A stretch of DNA of 64,000 nucleotides from Tubulanus polymorphus (lineage: Eukaryota > Animalia > Nemertea), in assembly GCF_964204645.1 (NCBI RefSeq), contig NC_134027.1, positions 20,856,560-20,920,559 on the forward strand. Direction: 5' to 3'. Of the stretch, positions 1-13,900 are shown piece by piece. Position 1 is the first letter of the stretch. Every line of letters starts with the position of its first letter. Position numbers and translations under genes: made by a program. The notes beneath the pieces are model-generated. The model saw only the letters and a list, made by a program, of their open reading frames with translations. It was not told the DNA's origin and made no database searches.

Positions 1-92
1 ACCTTAAATACGAGGAATATGAACCATATCATTTCTAACATTCATTGGTAATTACCTAAAACGAACGAATGTCCAATTTAATTCGAACTTAC

Positions 93-2907
93 CTGCCATT
101 TTAATCCAATCATCAAAATAAGTGCCTCTTGCGAATATGCCTTCAAAAGTAGCTTTGTAGAGAAGAGCTTTTTCACAGCCAACATTTCATGTTGTGAGCT
201 AATGCTGAGCAGATGCCCTCCATATTTCCTTGCACAGTATAATTCAGCTTTCTCCCAATTCAGGGGTTTATTCTTGATGTATTTCACGCATGAAATTCTT
301 AAATCCTGGAACTCTGTTGGGCAGCCATGGGGATCAGGTAGTTGGTTCATTGATGGCGGGTTCTGCAAAATGTATTGTATCTTAAACATCGGGGGATTAG
401 TTGTTATTTCGAAATGCAATCTAATGTCGGACAAACTATAAAATATCATCCCATTTTCGCAAATTTCCTTTAAATGTATGACCTGGCTACCGCCGACAAT
501 CACTCCATTTCGATGAAATTCATTCATGTATTCCACATACATGAGTGGTTGCTTTTCCCAGAACGCTCCTCTTTTGCACGGAATCACCTCAATATATTTC
601 ACCAAGAAACGATAATAATTCATTTTTTCCCTCGGTATCGGGTCACCAAAGATGTACCGAGAGTGCTTGCCTAAATGACCGACCAATCCAGGAAAATTCG
701 GTGACTGCACAATTCCGCAATTGTGTTTATAGCCCATGAGAAAGTCGATTTTTTTCAACGTAAAACATGTACGTCGAAGTATAACAATCAATTCTATCAA
801 AAAGAAGAGATGAATATTAGTTAATAAAACTGTGTGTGATACAAAGCCATTTTCCAGGAATTTTTTTATTAAACGAACAAATCTCTCACATCTCACAGCC
901 GCTATATAATTAGGAGCACACGATTCAAGTTCATATTCGTGTGTTGACAATATGTGTATGTTTTTTATCGTCAAGTATCGATTTTGCGGTACAATCTCGA
1001 GACAATATGACGTCATATTTATCCAAACTTCCCCTTTCTGTAGAACATAGCTGTCGCACTCGGTGTAATGATATTTGAGTTTCCCAGAAAATACATTGCG
1101 ATATTGGTTATAAGAGTAAGCCAATATGATAAATGGCCCACCAGACGTAATCAAGCTGAGGACAGTTCGCCCGAAGTGTCGACGTCCATTTGAGTTGGTG
1201 CCGGGGCAATACGGGCCATAGCGTCTAGCCGTAAAATTGCGTCCATCATATATATAAAATGCAGCTCGCTCACAATTCTCTGATAAAACTTTCATACTTA
1301 GTTGTTCGTCGCTGATGGAAACTTTCTTGAGCCTTAATATTTGAACACTCACGTGGAATATGTCCGACTTTTTTGACTTCCGGATGAAGGGGTTAGACTT
1401 CATACCACCTAACTATAAAAAAACAGTTATGAAAAAATAACATTGAATCGGAATTTATGGAAGCGTCCTGGTGACATCATTTTGTGAAAAAAGATAATTT
1501 CTAGGTTTATCACAAGTCGAAATAAAGTAGTTTTTCAATTAAGATTTGATTTCGAGGTTTAATCCGAGAACCGGCGAACTCGGGATAAACTTGGAAAATT
1601 CCCTCAAGACGCTCCCGTAGAAATTGATATTTCAATTCAATAATACATTACATAATATTACATTTAGATAGATTGCTCACCGATCGTTCGTGGACGGCTA
1701 CGTCTGATTTAGAAAGCGTTTTCAATTCATGATATATTTTCATATTCCTTTCGATAGCGTCTTTCTTCGTTGAAATACAAAGTATGACGAGAAATCCTTC
1801 TGATTTTACACTTAGCGATTCTAAGTAGTTGGGACTGAGTAATATATCTGTTCCCACAATATTTATGCCTTCGAGTTTGTACACGCCAATGGCGTCACCG
1901 GACTTGATGAGATCGCGTGTCCAGTTGAAAACAACGAACTGTAGTATGTCAGCTTTGATAGCCCAGCAATATAATTGTTTTGACTGAGTTATGACGTGTG
2001 GTCTATCACCGGGAATGAGCACTCCTGATGTACTGTTATGGATCGTATTCAAAGGATTAGAAATGTTCCAATCTGAAATTTTGTACATCTGAATTGACAA
2101 TATTGAACTTATCTTTCGTATATAAGTCCGTCTTGTAACTCTTATGACAGCTTTGTTTGTTTTAGAGTAGAACGATGAAGGCGGATGTCCGGTTTGTTCT
2201 CGTATGATGCCAATGTTGTCATCGGAGTCGAAAGATCCATCGTAAATTTCAATGTTTGTCGGTGGATCGGAGTAACGAGTATTGATATCTGTTTCACTGA
2301 AAGTCAAGTTCATGGCAAAACCAGCAGGCATTCCAATCCATTCGATGAGAAACTGGCACTTACTTAAAATGAGATTTATCATAAATTTATATCCCATCGT
2401 TGTCTGTAACTTTTTTATTCTTTTACATCCGTGAAATATTGTCTTTAGGTGATTTCCTTTTAAATGGTATAACATATAAACACGACTCCCTCGTATGCCG
2501 ATAGCTTCGCTATTCATTAGCAAGGAAAACGAATGTTCACGGTGGAATTCGTGCATGCCTCCGCCACAAAGTCTATGTTTAACTTCGTTTCTGTGAATGT
2601 AGTGATCTCTACAGAATAAAGAAAGCTCGATGTCGTAGTATACTTGCACGTGAAAGGTGCCGGGTATAGAGCTGTTGACGAACCAACGACATTGAACACG
2701 TCGATTTAACGAAGGATAGTCCGGTGAAATGATGTAGCCAGACGTGGAATCGACGGGGTACCACGTGTTGTTACACGACGAGCTGACCGCAACAGACGAT
2801 TCATCGTCGATCTGATTGGCTTGCGAGATACAGCTATGACGGACGATTAGTAGCGCTATATACAGCGATCTCAGTCTATCCATGCCCGCCGAACGGTACT
2901 GAAACAT
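93..2907 (-). CDS. GRL101-like receptor paralog A, N-terminal part (signal peptide, CUB-like domains, start of C-type lectin domain); exons 2907(or 2883)-1681 and 1412-93; continues beyond left edge
   Basis: Hydrophobic leader LYIALLIVRHSC; CUB motif SGYIISPDYP..CRW; NFTARRYGPYC; CGIVQSPNFPG; CTLD start NWEKAELYC..YGGHLLSISS. Colinear with 7965-10579; phase-0 GT-AG introns at 1680-1413 and 92-3 lie at positions matching that paralog. No lesion seen in the window. Confidence 0.8.
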
Positions 2908-2984
2908 TAACGTATGACCAAACTCTTGGAAATGTCATTAACTTCAGTTTCGTCTGTCTAAATTGCGCTTCGCGAATACAGGAA

Positions 2985-3220
2985 ATTAATTACTATATTT
3001 AGATACATAAAACCAAAACTTTTTTAAATCATTGATTTTGTTTGGCAAATAGAAAAGAATATATCTACTTCTTTTTGTTATGTTGATTCTGATTAAAACG
3101 TCAATTTTCGTAGGGGAAGTTTTTTAACCAATATTGACTATGTCGTAACTTGAATGTACATTATTATTCATTATACGTATACTGTTGATAGAAATTCAAC
3201 GGTTTATTAACTGATTCTAA
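2985..3220. repeat. Diverged direct repeat of 5325-5560
   Basis: Colinear shared blocks aaaactttttt..aatcattgat, gtcaattttcgtaggg, aaccaatat, tagaaat..aactg.ttctaa. Confidence 0.65.
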
Positions 3221-3347
3221 GCAAATAGAGACTAATGCACCGATTTGAATCATACTTTGAAGTTGAAGAAATTTGGTCAAACCACTACATACAAAATTTA
3301 AAAGATTAAAAACCAATTTTATTTTTCAAGAATTAAAATCAAAATAC

Positions 3348-3386
3348 ATGACGTTTCGAACTCTCACTAGTGTTCATCGTCAGGTG
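3348..3386 (-). ncRNA. Degenerate minimal type I hammerhead ribozyme motif (Penelope-type)
   Basis: Minus strand CAC-CUGACGA-U-GAAC(loop)GUUC-GAAAC-GUC-AUG; core intact, stem I closing pair mismatched. Confidence 0.5.
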
Positions 3387-3553
3387 GGACGTTGACCTTC
3401 GGCAATGTTCATCTCGATGAGTCTTTGCGCTGTAATGGCTCAACTCCAGAACAGGTAAAAAGTAGATCTGTGGGTCCAACATTTTCACTGAGATAAGTGT
3501 TAATATACTCGCCGCAGATCAATAGAAGGAGGCACGTGAAGTAATTTTCCGAA

Positions 3554-3957
3554 GTCGACAATCGGCAATGGGCAATCAGAAACCTAGTAGTCGACCATTT
3601 CTAGATTCGACAATCGGCAATAAGATGATATAGATACTGTGATTGTGAGGGTGAAATAGATACTGTGATTGTTAGGGTGAAATAGATGCTGTGATTGTGA
3701 GGGTGAAATAGATGCTGTAATTGTGAGGGTGATATAGGTGCTGTGATTGTGAGGGTTATATAGATGCTGTGGTTGTGAGGGTTATATAGATGCTGTGGTT
3801 GTGAGGGTGATATCGATGCTGTAATTGTGAGGGTGATATAGATGCTGTGATTGTGAGGGTGAAATAGGTGCTTTGATTGTGATTGTGGGAACGACAATTT
3901 GGTTTCTGATTGCCGATTGCTGATTGCCGATTGTCGACGTGAAAACTGGTCGACTAT
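3554..3957. mobile_element. Non-autonomous inverted-repeat element containing a 26-bp minisatellite
   Basis: gtcgacaatcggcaat..aatcagaaacc (3554-3584) is inverted at 3901-3938; internal array between them. Confidence 0.55.
3633..3885. repeat. 26-bp minisatellite, about 9.5 copies (gatgctgtgattgtgagggtgaaata)
   Basis: Tandem units read directly. Confidence 0.9.
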
Positions 3958-4465
3958 CAGGTTTTTGACGGCAATTTGAAACCGAACCACTCACCTCATT
4001 TAAGAAAACGAGGTGAAAGAAATGCTCCACGATGGAACTATATTGACCTATTCTGGAGTTGAACCGAACTGATGAATGCGCGTATTTATGTATTCTTGGT
4101 TGTCAATTTAATAATTAGAGATGAGAGTTTTTACGAGTCACAATTGTTGTAATATCGGTTTACATTACGTGTGAATCGTCGATTACATTGCCTACATTGA
4201 TTACATTGCGAAAACATTACAACACCAGACATTACGATTAAGTTCCATTTTACGATTAAGTTCCATTTTCCAGGTTTCAGCTTTTCAGAATTATCACTTA
4301 TATACCGAAAATGGCCATTGCTTTGACGGACGTCGATTCCTTAGAGTATGGCACATTTCCTCGCAGTGAACAACTGGAAGCAAATGTATTTCAAACGACT
4401 TTCGAGGAGATGAGCTGAATAGGTCATAGCACCCAGAAGTAATTTCACATTTTCATATGTTTTTG

Positions 4466-4710
4466 TATGGTAGCTGATTCGGGCCATACTAAAAAATTTT
4501 TCTGTACGGCTAGAGCAACGATAAAAAAATTTTTTCACAGTGACCCTTTTTTGGTTTTCTCGCGCGACAATTCAAAACCAAACGTTTTGAATTGTCGCGC
4601 GAGAAAACCTAAAGTTTTGAATTCACGCGCGAGAAAACCAAAAAAGGGCTGTGAAAATTTTTTTTATCGTACAGAAAAGTTTTTTAGTATGGCCCGAATC
4701 AGCCACCATA
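4466..4710. mobile_element. Palindromic MITE, TA-flanked (Tc1/mariner-type)
   Basis: TATGGTAGCTGATTCGGGCCATACTAAAAAA ... TTTTTAGTATGGCCCGAATCAGCCACCATA; partial relatives at 7027-7200 and ending 24928. Confidence 0.8.
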
Positions 4711-5586
4711 TTTTTGAGCTCATCGATTTTGGGGTAAATTATACGCCATTTTACACGCGCTAGATCAGAAATAAATTGAGAATACGCACAGTGATGTTTG
4801 TCTATCCAAAGGGAACCATGGCGGTAAAAATGCGTCCTGGGACAATAGATTGTTTTTTTCTTACAGAAAATTCATTTCCCATTAGTAATTTATTTCGCCG
4901 ACTTTTCGGTGCCTTTTTTCAATAGAAATTAATAAAAGAGGGCTTTTTACGAAAAATCGGATAACTTTCCATGTATTTTTTTTTTCTTGCAGGAAATATT
5001 TTCTTGTAAGTAATATATCAGAACGTATGAACTATAAAAAAAAAACCTTTTGACAAACACAAAATATTTTTTCGTAACTCATCAATTTGTCAGACACAAC
5101 TGATCTTAGAAATGTCTCCCATCAATTCGTTAAACAGATATGGACTTATTCTGTAGAAATAAAAGCTGATTATAGCCTGCGAAGAAGTCTATTCAATTAA
5201 CATGCCGTAAATACCTCTAATAAACAGTATTTTACAGAGTAAGATATTTTGAAACATTCTTATTTAGCGTGCACGTACTAAAATTCACTAACAGATACTT
5301 AATCTTCGCACCGCTGAATTGATTAACTATATTCAGATGTATGCATAAAAACAAAACTTTTTGAATCATTGATCTATGTTTAATAAATAACTATGATAGA
5401 ATATAGCTTCTTTTTTAGATATTGATTAGATTGAAACGGTCAATTTTCGTAGGGCAAGTTTATTTTAACCAATATACCTCGTCGTGGCTTTGATTTATTA
5501 TATATCTAAATTACATGTGTGCAGTTTATAGAAATCATCAGTTAATAAACTGGTTCTAATTGAAAATAAAATGCAAATTTGATCAT

Positions 5587-6528
5587 ATATATATTTCAGG
5601 TTTCTGATCATATATTATATCGCAACGATAGTATGTAAGAAATCAAAGCCGGGTGATAAAGACCCGATTATTCTCAAAGAACATATTCGAGCACGAATAT
5701 TGAAACAAAAGCTACATGAAAACAAAATATGCGACAATTTTGCTGTGGCTGGTATTATATTCAATAGTATTGAAAATGTAATGTTTGAGGTTGGAATATT
5801 CATCCCAAAATTCCAAATCAAATTTAATTCGCGAGAAATGTCGTCAAGAAAACAGTCGAACATCTTTGCAAATCAGGATTTCTATATTCGGGAGTTCATG
5901 CATCAAATACATAACAGATGAACGTCTGAATCGGGAGAATGCTGAAATACACTGTCGAGAGAAGTACGCGGGACATCTGCTCAGCATCAACTCAAACGAT
6001 GAAATGATTGGTATAAAAATATTATTCGCTACAGCATTTCTGAAAGAAGCTTATTCACAGAAGGAGTTACTAATGATGATAGGACTGAAATTTAAGGTAT
6101 ATAACCTATGTTCTTTTTTGAATACGTGTACTGTTCAAAGAATGAGCCATTGGATGCAATACAGCCGTCAAATACTGATATATATCATTCTATTTTGTTT
6201 TTAGTTGAACACTGCTAATTATACGTGGACTGATGGAAAACCATTGAGCTACACAGAGTGGTATAAACCTACTATTAACGAAACGATACCAGAAGTAATT
6301 CAACTAAATAATCCACGAGGATCAGCAAACTGGGTTCGATTCCCGTGTCAAATCGTTGAGACGCACACAAGTTTTATTTGTGAAAGGGATATCATGCATG
6401 GCAATAATTCAATTGCAAATGGCTTTGACAACGATTCAACCAATGATGATATTCCTTCATTGATAGACAATGCCATCTACTCACCTCGTACGTTTCGTTG
6501 GATAAGCATAGTTAGACAATGTTGTTGA
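5587..6528 (+). pseudogene. Truncated relic of the GRL101-like receptor (C-type lectin region)
   Basis: Near-identical to about 10070-11065 (KQKLHENKIC, ENAEIHCREKYAGHLLSINS, YTWTDGKPLSYTEWY, NWVRFPCQ), same intron, internal deletion after PEVI, stop after RQCC. Confidence 0.85.
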
Positions 6529-7964
6529 TATACACATTTCATACATACTAGGGGCCAAATAAAAAATGTTGAACGTTATCCCTCATTAAACGATTGGAAA
6601 GGGCAAATTTACCTTCGGATGGAGGTCGTTTATGTAACGTCATAGTTTGTTTACCAACTTGCGACACATAAAAACAAATGATTGTGATCTATAAACTTCG
6701 AGGGTCAGTCATGTAAATCATCTTATTGTGTTTACCACCTAGTAGGGCGTAGTCAAGATGAAACACAACATGCCAAATCAACGAATTGATAATCACTTTT
6801 TCATACATTATACAGAGGCCCGTTCCACATTCATTGTTCAAACTTTGAAGACCAGTCTTAGGCCATCATCGTTCAAAAGCTTATCTTACTACTTAAAACT
6901 AGTCATAAGATCTAAGACGTTTTTTGTAATTAAGTCAAAACTGTATAACTGGATCCGGGAGGTAAACTGCCCAAACATGTTTCTATGTTTGGGATTTCAT
7001 TTATTTTCAAAATAACATGTAAAAGGTATGGTGACTGATTCGGACCATACCAAAAACTTTTTCTGTGCGGCTAGAGGAACGAATAAAAAAGTTTTTCATA
7101 TTGGCCCATTTTTGGTTTTCTTTCACGAAAATGCAAAACTTATGGTTTTTTCGCGCGAGAATTCAAAAAGTTTGGTTTTCTCGGACGAGAATTCAAAAAT
7201 TTAGTCGAATCTCAGTACGATTCGGATGTATTGTTGATCATAGTGATAGCAATAATAGTTATGATAATAATAAGTTGCAAATATATATTACGAACATGTA
7301 CAATCAAAATATATCTATGACCATAAACATATAAGGCGAAATACGTACTCATACATCTATGCCTTGTTTTTAAAGATACAATTACCACACTATTCTACCT
7401 AGATAGTATTAATTAACATACATAATCTGTGCGTGTAGCAGCGCACTCGGGGTAGTGTGGCTGGGTTTCGAACCGGGGTCAGTCTCCGAATTCCTTCCGG
7501 GGAGGGTGATTTTGAAAAGGTGAAGCTTACTATGTTAACACTAACGATTCCCCTCCACACAGAAAGCTCCGTGTATTACAATATATATGATGATCCGAAT
7601 GCGGTAAATGAAAAACTACAGAAATGGGCTACGGTTTATACCGTCGTTTAGACGCAATAGAACATCTCTAAATGTATCTCAAAATACATTTAAATTAAAC
7701 TGCAAACTGCTCTGCATGAAATTACAAGTTATAATCACGCCTCACCTTGAATTAGCCGCAGGCAGACATGAGATATTTGGGGAATTATTTCATACTCTTT
7801 AATATAAAATAGAAATGTTTGCAAAGTACTGCACACAGAAACTACTCACGCATTTTATTTCGAGAATTCAATTATATTGTATCAACGACGGATTTGAAAG
7901 GTTTATTAATTTTGTCCATTCGTCTCCACGGTATCATCGTTCAGTTCTCTCGGTCGTGCTCGAT

Positions 7965-10900
7965 ATGGAGCAGCGAATGAGAGCGCTGTTTATAGCGTTA
8001 CTGATCGTCTGGCAAGTTCACGTCGCTCGCGCTGATCGGACATACTCGGTTGGAGATTCGCCTATAGCAGCAAGTGTATCTTGTAACAACACGTGGTACC
8101 CACTCGATTGTACGTCTGGTTACATCGTTACACCGAATTATCCTGAGTTATTGCGCGGCGTTGAATGTTATTGGTTCCTTAACAGCTCCATTCCAGGTAC
8201 ATTTCACATTCAAGCATACCACTCAATCGAACCGTCAATATTCTGCAAGGATGACTACCTTTTCATCGATCAGTCGGATTCGATAATTTGCGGTGATGGG
8301 GAATATGAAACCCGCCAAAAAGATTTTATCTCATTTATGTTCAAGAGTGACGTCAATGGTGCACAAGGTAGTCGGGTTTTTATGATATATCGCTTTGAAA
8401 GAGGCCAAATGAAAATGAAGCACACCTGTCGAAAATCTAAGAAAACATTGAATGAAATGCAGACACAGACAGGTCACAGATTTCAAGTGTACTCTCACTT
8501 CAAAAAGTGTCAACTGTTTGTGGAATGGGATGTGATTCCAAATGGTTTTGCTATGAGCATAACTTTTATCAAGTTAAGCCTAAAGCATGCTCCTCCAGAC
8601 ACGACTCTGGAAATTCGCGATGGACCAAACACCAAAACTAAACCAATTGCACTCATACGACAACAAACCGGACATCCCCCTCTATCAGTCTACACTCAAA
8701 CAAACCAAGCCCTCATATCAATACCACGTGCAATGTTACAGTCAGATATTCTAGTTCAGGTGTACAAGATATCGGACTGGGACGTATATAATCCATTGCT
8801 TCGGATCTATTATAACGAATCGGGAGTGCTCATTCCTAAGGACAAAAGTTTATATGTAACAACTCAATCAAAATATTTACACTGCTGGTCTATCACGGTG
8901 GAGGTGTTGCAGTACGTCGTCTTCAACTGGACGCGTGATCTCGTTTCATACGGTGACGTCATTGGCGTGTATAAACTAGAAGGGTTACAAGTTGTGGGAA
9001 CAGATATCTTATTTGGCTACAACTACCTGAAATCGCTGAGTATGAAATCCGACAGCTTTATCGTAGTACTATGTGTTTTGATGAAATTAGATCGCAGAGA
9101 TTCAAATGTAGAAATACATTTTCAAAAGGAAACTCTTTCGATGGCAGATTTACACGTAAAAGTAGAACCGGTAGGTATTAACGCTAATAATGAGAGCGTA
9201 TGTGAAGGAAACGTGAACGATACTTGTAAATAAATTGTGTTGATAATTTCAGATACGTGCTATACAATTAACGCGGATCGGGCCGTTCACTTATATGCCA
9301 GCATGGAAGAAAGAAATGCCGTTCGCTTATCACATCGTCAACTATCAGTTTAGGTGGAAAGTCGATATATACGAAGGAAATGATTTTGAACTAGCGGTGT
9401 CATCAGTGACGTGTGAGCGAGCTGGATTTTACATATGGCGGTAATTTCACAGCCAGACGCTATGGACCGTATTGTCCTAATTCGCGTCAATACGAGCGTT
9501 ACGTCGTTAGCCAGGTCACTTCAGGTGGGCCGGTTATTGTAGTTGCATACACATACTCAACCGGAGATCCTTATGTAGGAAAAAGTTCACGTCTATTGTG
9601 TAGCCCGACTAATTGTGATGGTTACGTGTTACGGCACAGTGAACATCAAATCAACATAACGTCTCGCTGTCTCGTGATAACACCAGCCAACCGGCGACTT
9701 CCATTGAAGACAATACATATTTTATCGAAACGTCAGTATGAAATTGGACGATGTTTTCGTAAACGTTTCCAAACATGTGATATATATCTGAGAGTGCAGA
9801 ATCAGTTTCTCAATAACGGTTTGGTATTGAACACTGTGGAAATGCGACAGGATACATCATTCAGATTACAACCATTAATTGCTGAACTACGAAATAAATG
9901 CGAAAGATTAAAGGAACCGGACACTGGGTCACATACAGACTTATTGTTCTTAGACAAATGTGGAATTTTCCAATCACCATCCTTCCCAGGACATCCCATA
10001 TCGATGTATCAAGCGAGAACGGCAAAGACCTACAGTTTTTATAACCCTTTCGACGGTAGAAATTCGGCCATATATTTCAAGTTTCTGATCAAATATATTG
10101 CAAAGGTAGCGTGTGAGAAATCATATCCGGAAGATACAGATCCGATTATTGTGAAAGAACATATCAATGATGAACGGTTATCAAAACAGAAATTACACGA
10201 AAACAAGATATGCGGCAATTTTGCAGTGGCTGGTGTTACATTCAATAGTATCCAACTACCTTGCGTTCGAGGTAGGAAAATACATCCATAAATTTCAAAT
10301 TCAATTCAATTCGCATACAGTTTTGCGGATGAAACGGTCGATTGACGTTTGCAAATCAGGATTTCTATACTCGGGATTTTCATGCATCAAATATATATAA
10401 CAGATGAACGTCAGAATTGGGAGAATGCTGAAATACACTGTCGAGAGGAGTACGCGGGACATCTGCTCAGCATCAACTCAAACGATGAAATGAATGCTAT
10501 AAAAAGATTATTCGCTACAGCATTTCTAAGAGAAGCTTATTCACAAGAGTTGATAATGATGATAGGACTGAAACTTCAGGTATATAAGGATAAGTTTTCT
10601 ATTGCTTTTCAAAGAATGAGCCATTGGACACAATATGACCGTCAACAAGTAATATTTTTTGTTCCCTTTTGTTTGTTAGTTGAACGCCGGTTACTATACG
10701 TGGACTGATGGAAAACCATTAAGCTACACGGAGTGGTATAAACCTACTAATAACGAAACGATACCAGAAGTAATTCGAGGTCTGCTATCTCCTTCGAGAA
10801 AGCAACCGATGAATGACGTCGGTATGCCGTGTACAGCGATGATACTGAATAACCCACGTGGATCAGCAAACTGGGTTCGATTCCCCTGTCAAATCGTGGA

Positions 10901-13900
10901 AACACACACGAGTTTCATTTGTGAAACAGGTATTTTGCGTGGCGATAATTCGACTGCAAATGACGTTCGAACAAATTCAACCGATGATGATTTCCCTTCA
11001 ACGATAGGCAATTCCATCGACTCACCCTGTTTATTTGGTTGGATATGCATGGCTAGACAATGTTACCAAATAATGGATATCAGCCGAGCAAGCAAAATGT
11101 GTAATATGATTCGGAGTAAAATCGGTTCAGTAACATCGTTTAGTGAATTTGAAATTAAGATTTTAATAGATACATTTCAATATCGGTACGAATATGGGAC
11201 AATACTCACAATTGATTCGACGAAAAACATATCCAAGATTATACAAGCAACTCTTACTGGAGATGAAGTCACTTATATTCAATCTTTGGAATGGTCTGTT
11301 AAAACGGTCAGTAATGCGACCGATATAGACACCATACATTCGGTGTTATGTTCCTACAATATAACTGATGTAGAGTTAGCGTTTATAAGCGGTTGTAAAT
11401 CGTGGCAGTTTCAATGTAACGACCAACGATGTATCAGCGATCATCGCGTATGTGATTCTAGAAATGACTGTCAACACGGAGAAGATGAATTCAATTGTAC
11501 GGATATTAGTTCACAAATCCTGTTCCAATGCGACGATGGTCATGTGTCATCAATTAGTGGTATTTGTGATTTCATACTCGATTGTCCAGATGGCACGGAT
11601 GAAAAGTGCATTCATCCTCCGTGTCAAGCCGATGAGTTCCGTTGCACCAGTGGTCAGTGTGTCGCTAGGTCTAACCGATGTGACGGATTAGCAAACTGTA
11701 AGGACGGCTCCGATGAGATCGGATGCAATCCTGAAATGTGTCAGGGTTTTCTCTGTAACAGTGGACAATGTATCAGTTTACAGTTGCATCAGGATGGTGT
11801 CGTTGATTGCAGTGGAAGCCTTGAAGAGGACGAGTTGGTGACAACTAATGTGACTCTCAATCCTGTGGTACATTGCAATAAAGAGAACTACTGTACGACT
11901 AACTTCTCAAATCTCTGCACAGAATACGACGAACAAAGATGTTCTTTTAATTCGCCCCATTGTTATTCTAGACGTCACCGATGTATTCTTGACAGGATGT
12001 CATATATTTACCCAGTTTGCAGAAACCTTGAGCATATATTGGAATGCGAAAAATTTCAATGTCCAGCTGGTACTGTAAAATGTCCAGAATCATATTGTAT
12101 ACCAATCCGACAAATTTGCGATGGCCAATCGGATTGTCCCAATTCAGAAGATGAGCAAAACTGCTGGAATATATCATGCCCGGGAATGTTTAAATGTGGC
12201 AAGGAAAATCGGTGTATACCGCAATCAGAAGTTTGCGACGGTGTTGTAAATTGTAAGCATACTATTGACGACGAGGCCTTCTGTGTGACGTGCCACGATT
12301 CTTGCCATTGTCAAGGTCATTTCATTGATTGTAACAATGCTCACCTAACCGATTTTACCCTTCTTTTCTCAGCGTCAGCACGGATTTTGATATTATCGAA
12401 TAACCTCATCAGATTGGATGCATCCACGTTTTTGTCATTCTTTTATCTTCGTTTACTAGATATTTCACGAAATGAATTGTCATATATAATTCCAAACGTG
12501 TTTTCGGACCTCCATAATCTTTATACATTAGACTTATCCCATAACAATATAATTTCATTACCTGCAAATGCATTTGCAGGTTTAGATAATTTGAAAGCAT
12601 TAATTCTTTTCCAAAATCCGCTGGAAAATCTCGTCGATGGTAGTTTTCAAGGTTTAGTGTCTATTCGATTACTCGACCTTAGTGGGCTTTTCATATCAGC
12701 ACTTGATGCAAATGCGTTCGTAGGTTTATCTGCGTTACATTCGCTCAATATCAGCGGCAACAGAATCAATTCTATTTATAGATATTCATTTGCGGGGTTG
12801 GCTGCACTTCAAATCCTCGATATCACTAACAACTCTCAATTCATTTCTACCGATAAAAACATTTTCGACAATTTGACCTCTCTATTTTTCTTAAAATCGG
12901 ATGCTTACAAATTTTGCTGCACGGGCCAGCAAGTCGACCATTGCATTCCCGAAGCTGATCAATTTTCTTCCTGTACCGATCTCATGGGTAACCCAGTCCT
13001 GATAGCTATCATCTGGGTCATTGCTGCTTTCAGTTTTTTGCAAACAGTATTGTCATTCTATTTCGTATTCGATCAATTCGACTTTCATCATCTGTAACCT
13101 ATTACACATCGGACGTGCTTGTTATCAATATTGCAGCCAGTGATTTTCTTATGTCCATATATTTGTTCTTCATCGCAGGAGCTGATTTTGTTTATAAAGG
13201 CATCTATTTCCTGAATTCAGAAACGTGGATGAATAGCTCAATCTGCCGTCTTTCTGGTGTTATAGTTACTATTTCTTGTGAAGGGTCATTAACATTTCTA
13301 CTCATTTTGACCATTAATCGATATTCAAATATCAATAATCCATTTTCAAGAAGCCCGATTGCATCTCCTATATACGTGCCCATCATTTGTTGCATTAGTT
13401 GGATATTCATATCTTCAATTTCTTTGTTACCACTCTCAAGATTATCATATTTTGGGAACAATTTCTATGGAACAACCGGTGTTTGTTTACCGATGAATTT
13501 GATTTCCATTGATGTCGATGCATGGCACTATTCTTTCGCTATTTTTGCCGTTACGAACTCTATCTTACTCGCTGCCGTGATGACGACATATTTGCAAATG
13601 TACAGGCTCGCATCTGTGAGTAGATCTGGTTCGGGTAGGGTCGATCCCACCGAACTCGTTCTAGCTCGACGAAGTTTGGTGATCAATCTTTGTAATTTAT
13701 GTTGTTGGCTGCCAATAAGCCTTTTTACAGTTTCCAGGCGCCATTTTTTTTGGGTACCCGCCGGGTCCGCATTGTTGAATTTTTTGTCCCTATTTTTTCC
13801 CCGTTTAATATTTTTATTTCGTTCATATCTCTGGATTGGATAAAGATAGAAACAAAGTGAAAATATTGATTGACTCAGCTGATAATCGTTCAGTTTTGTG

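Noticed and set aside
3601-4030. His/Ser-rich ORFs
   Set aside because: Translations of the 26-bp minisatellite.
7815-7964. N-terminal extension of paralog B
   Set aside because: The signal peptide and similarity to paralog A begin at the Met at 7965/7977.
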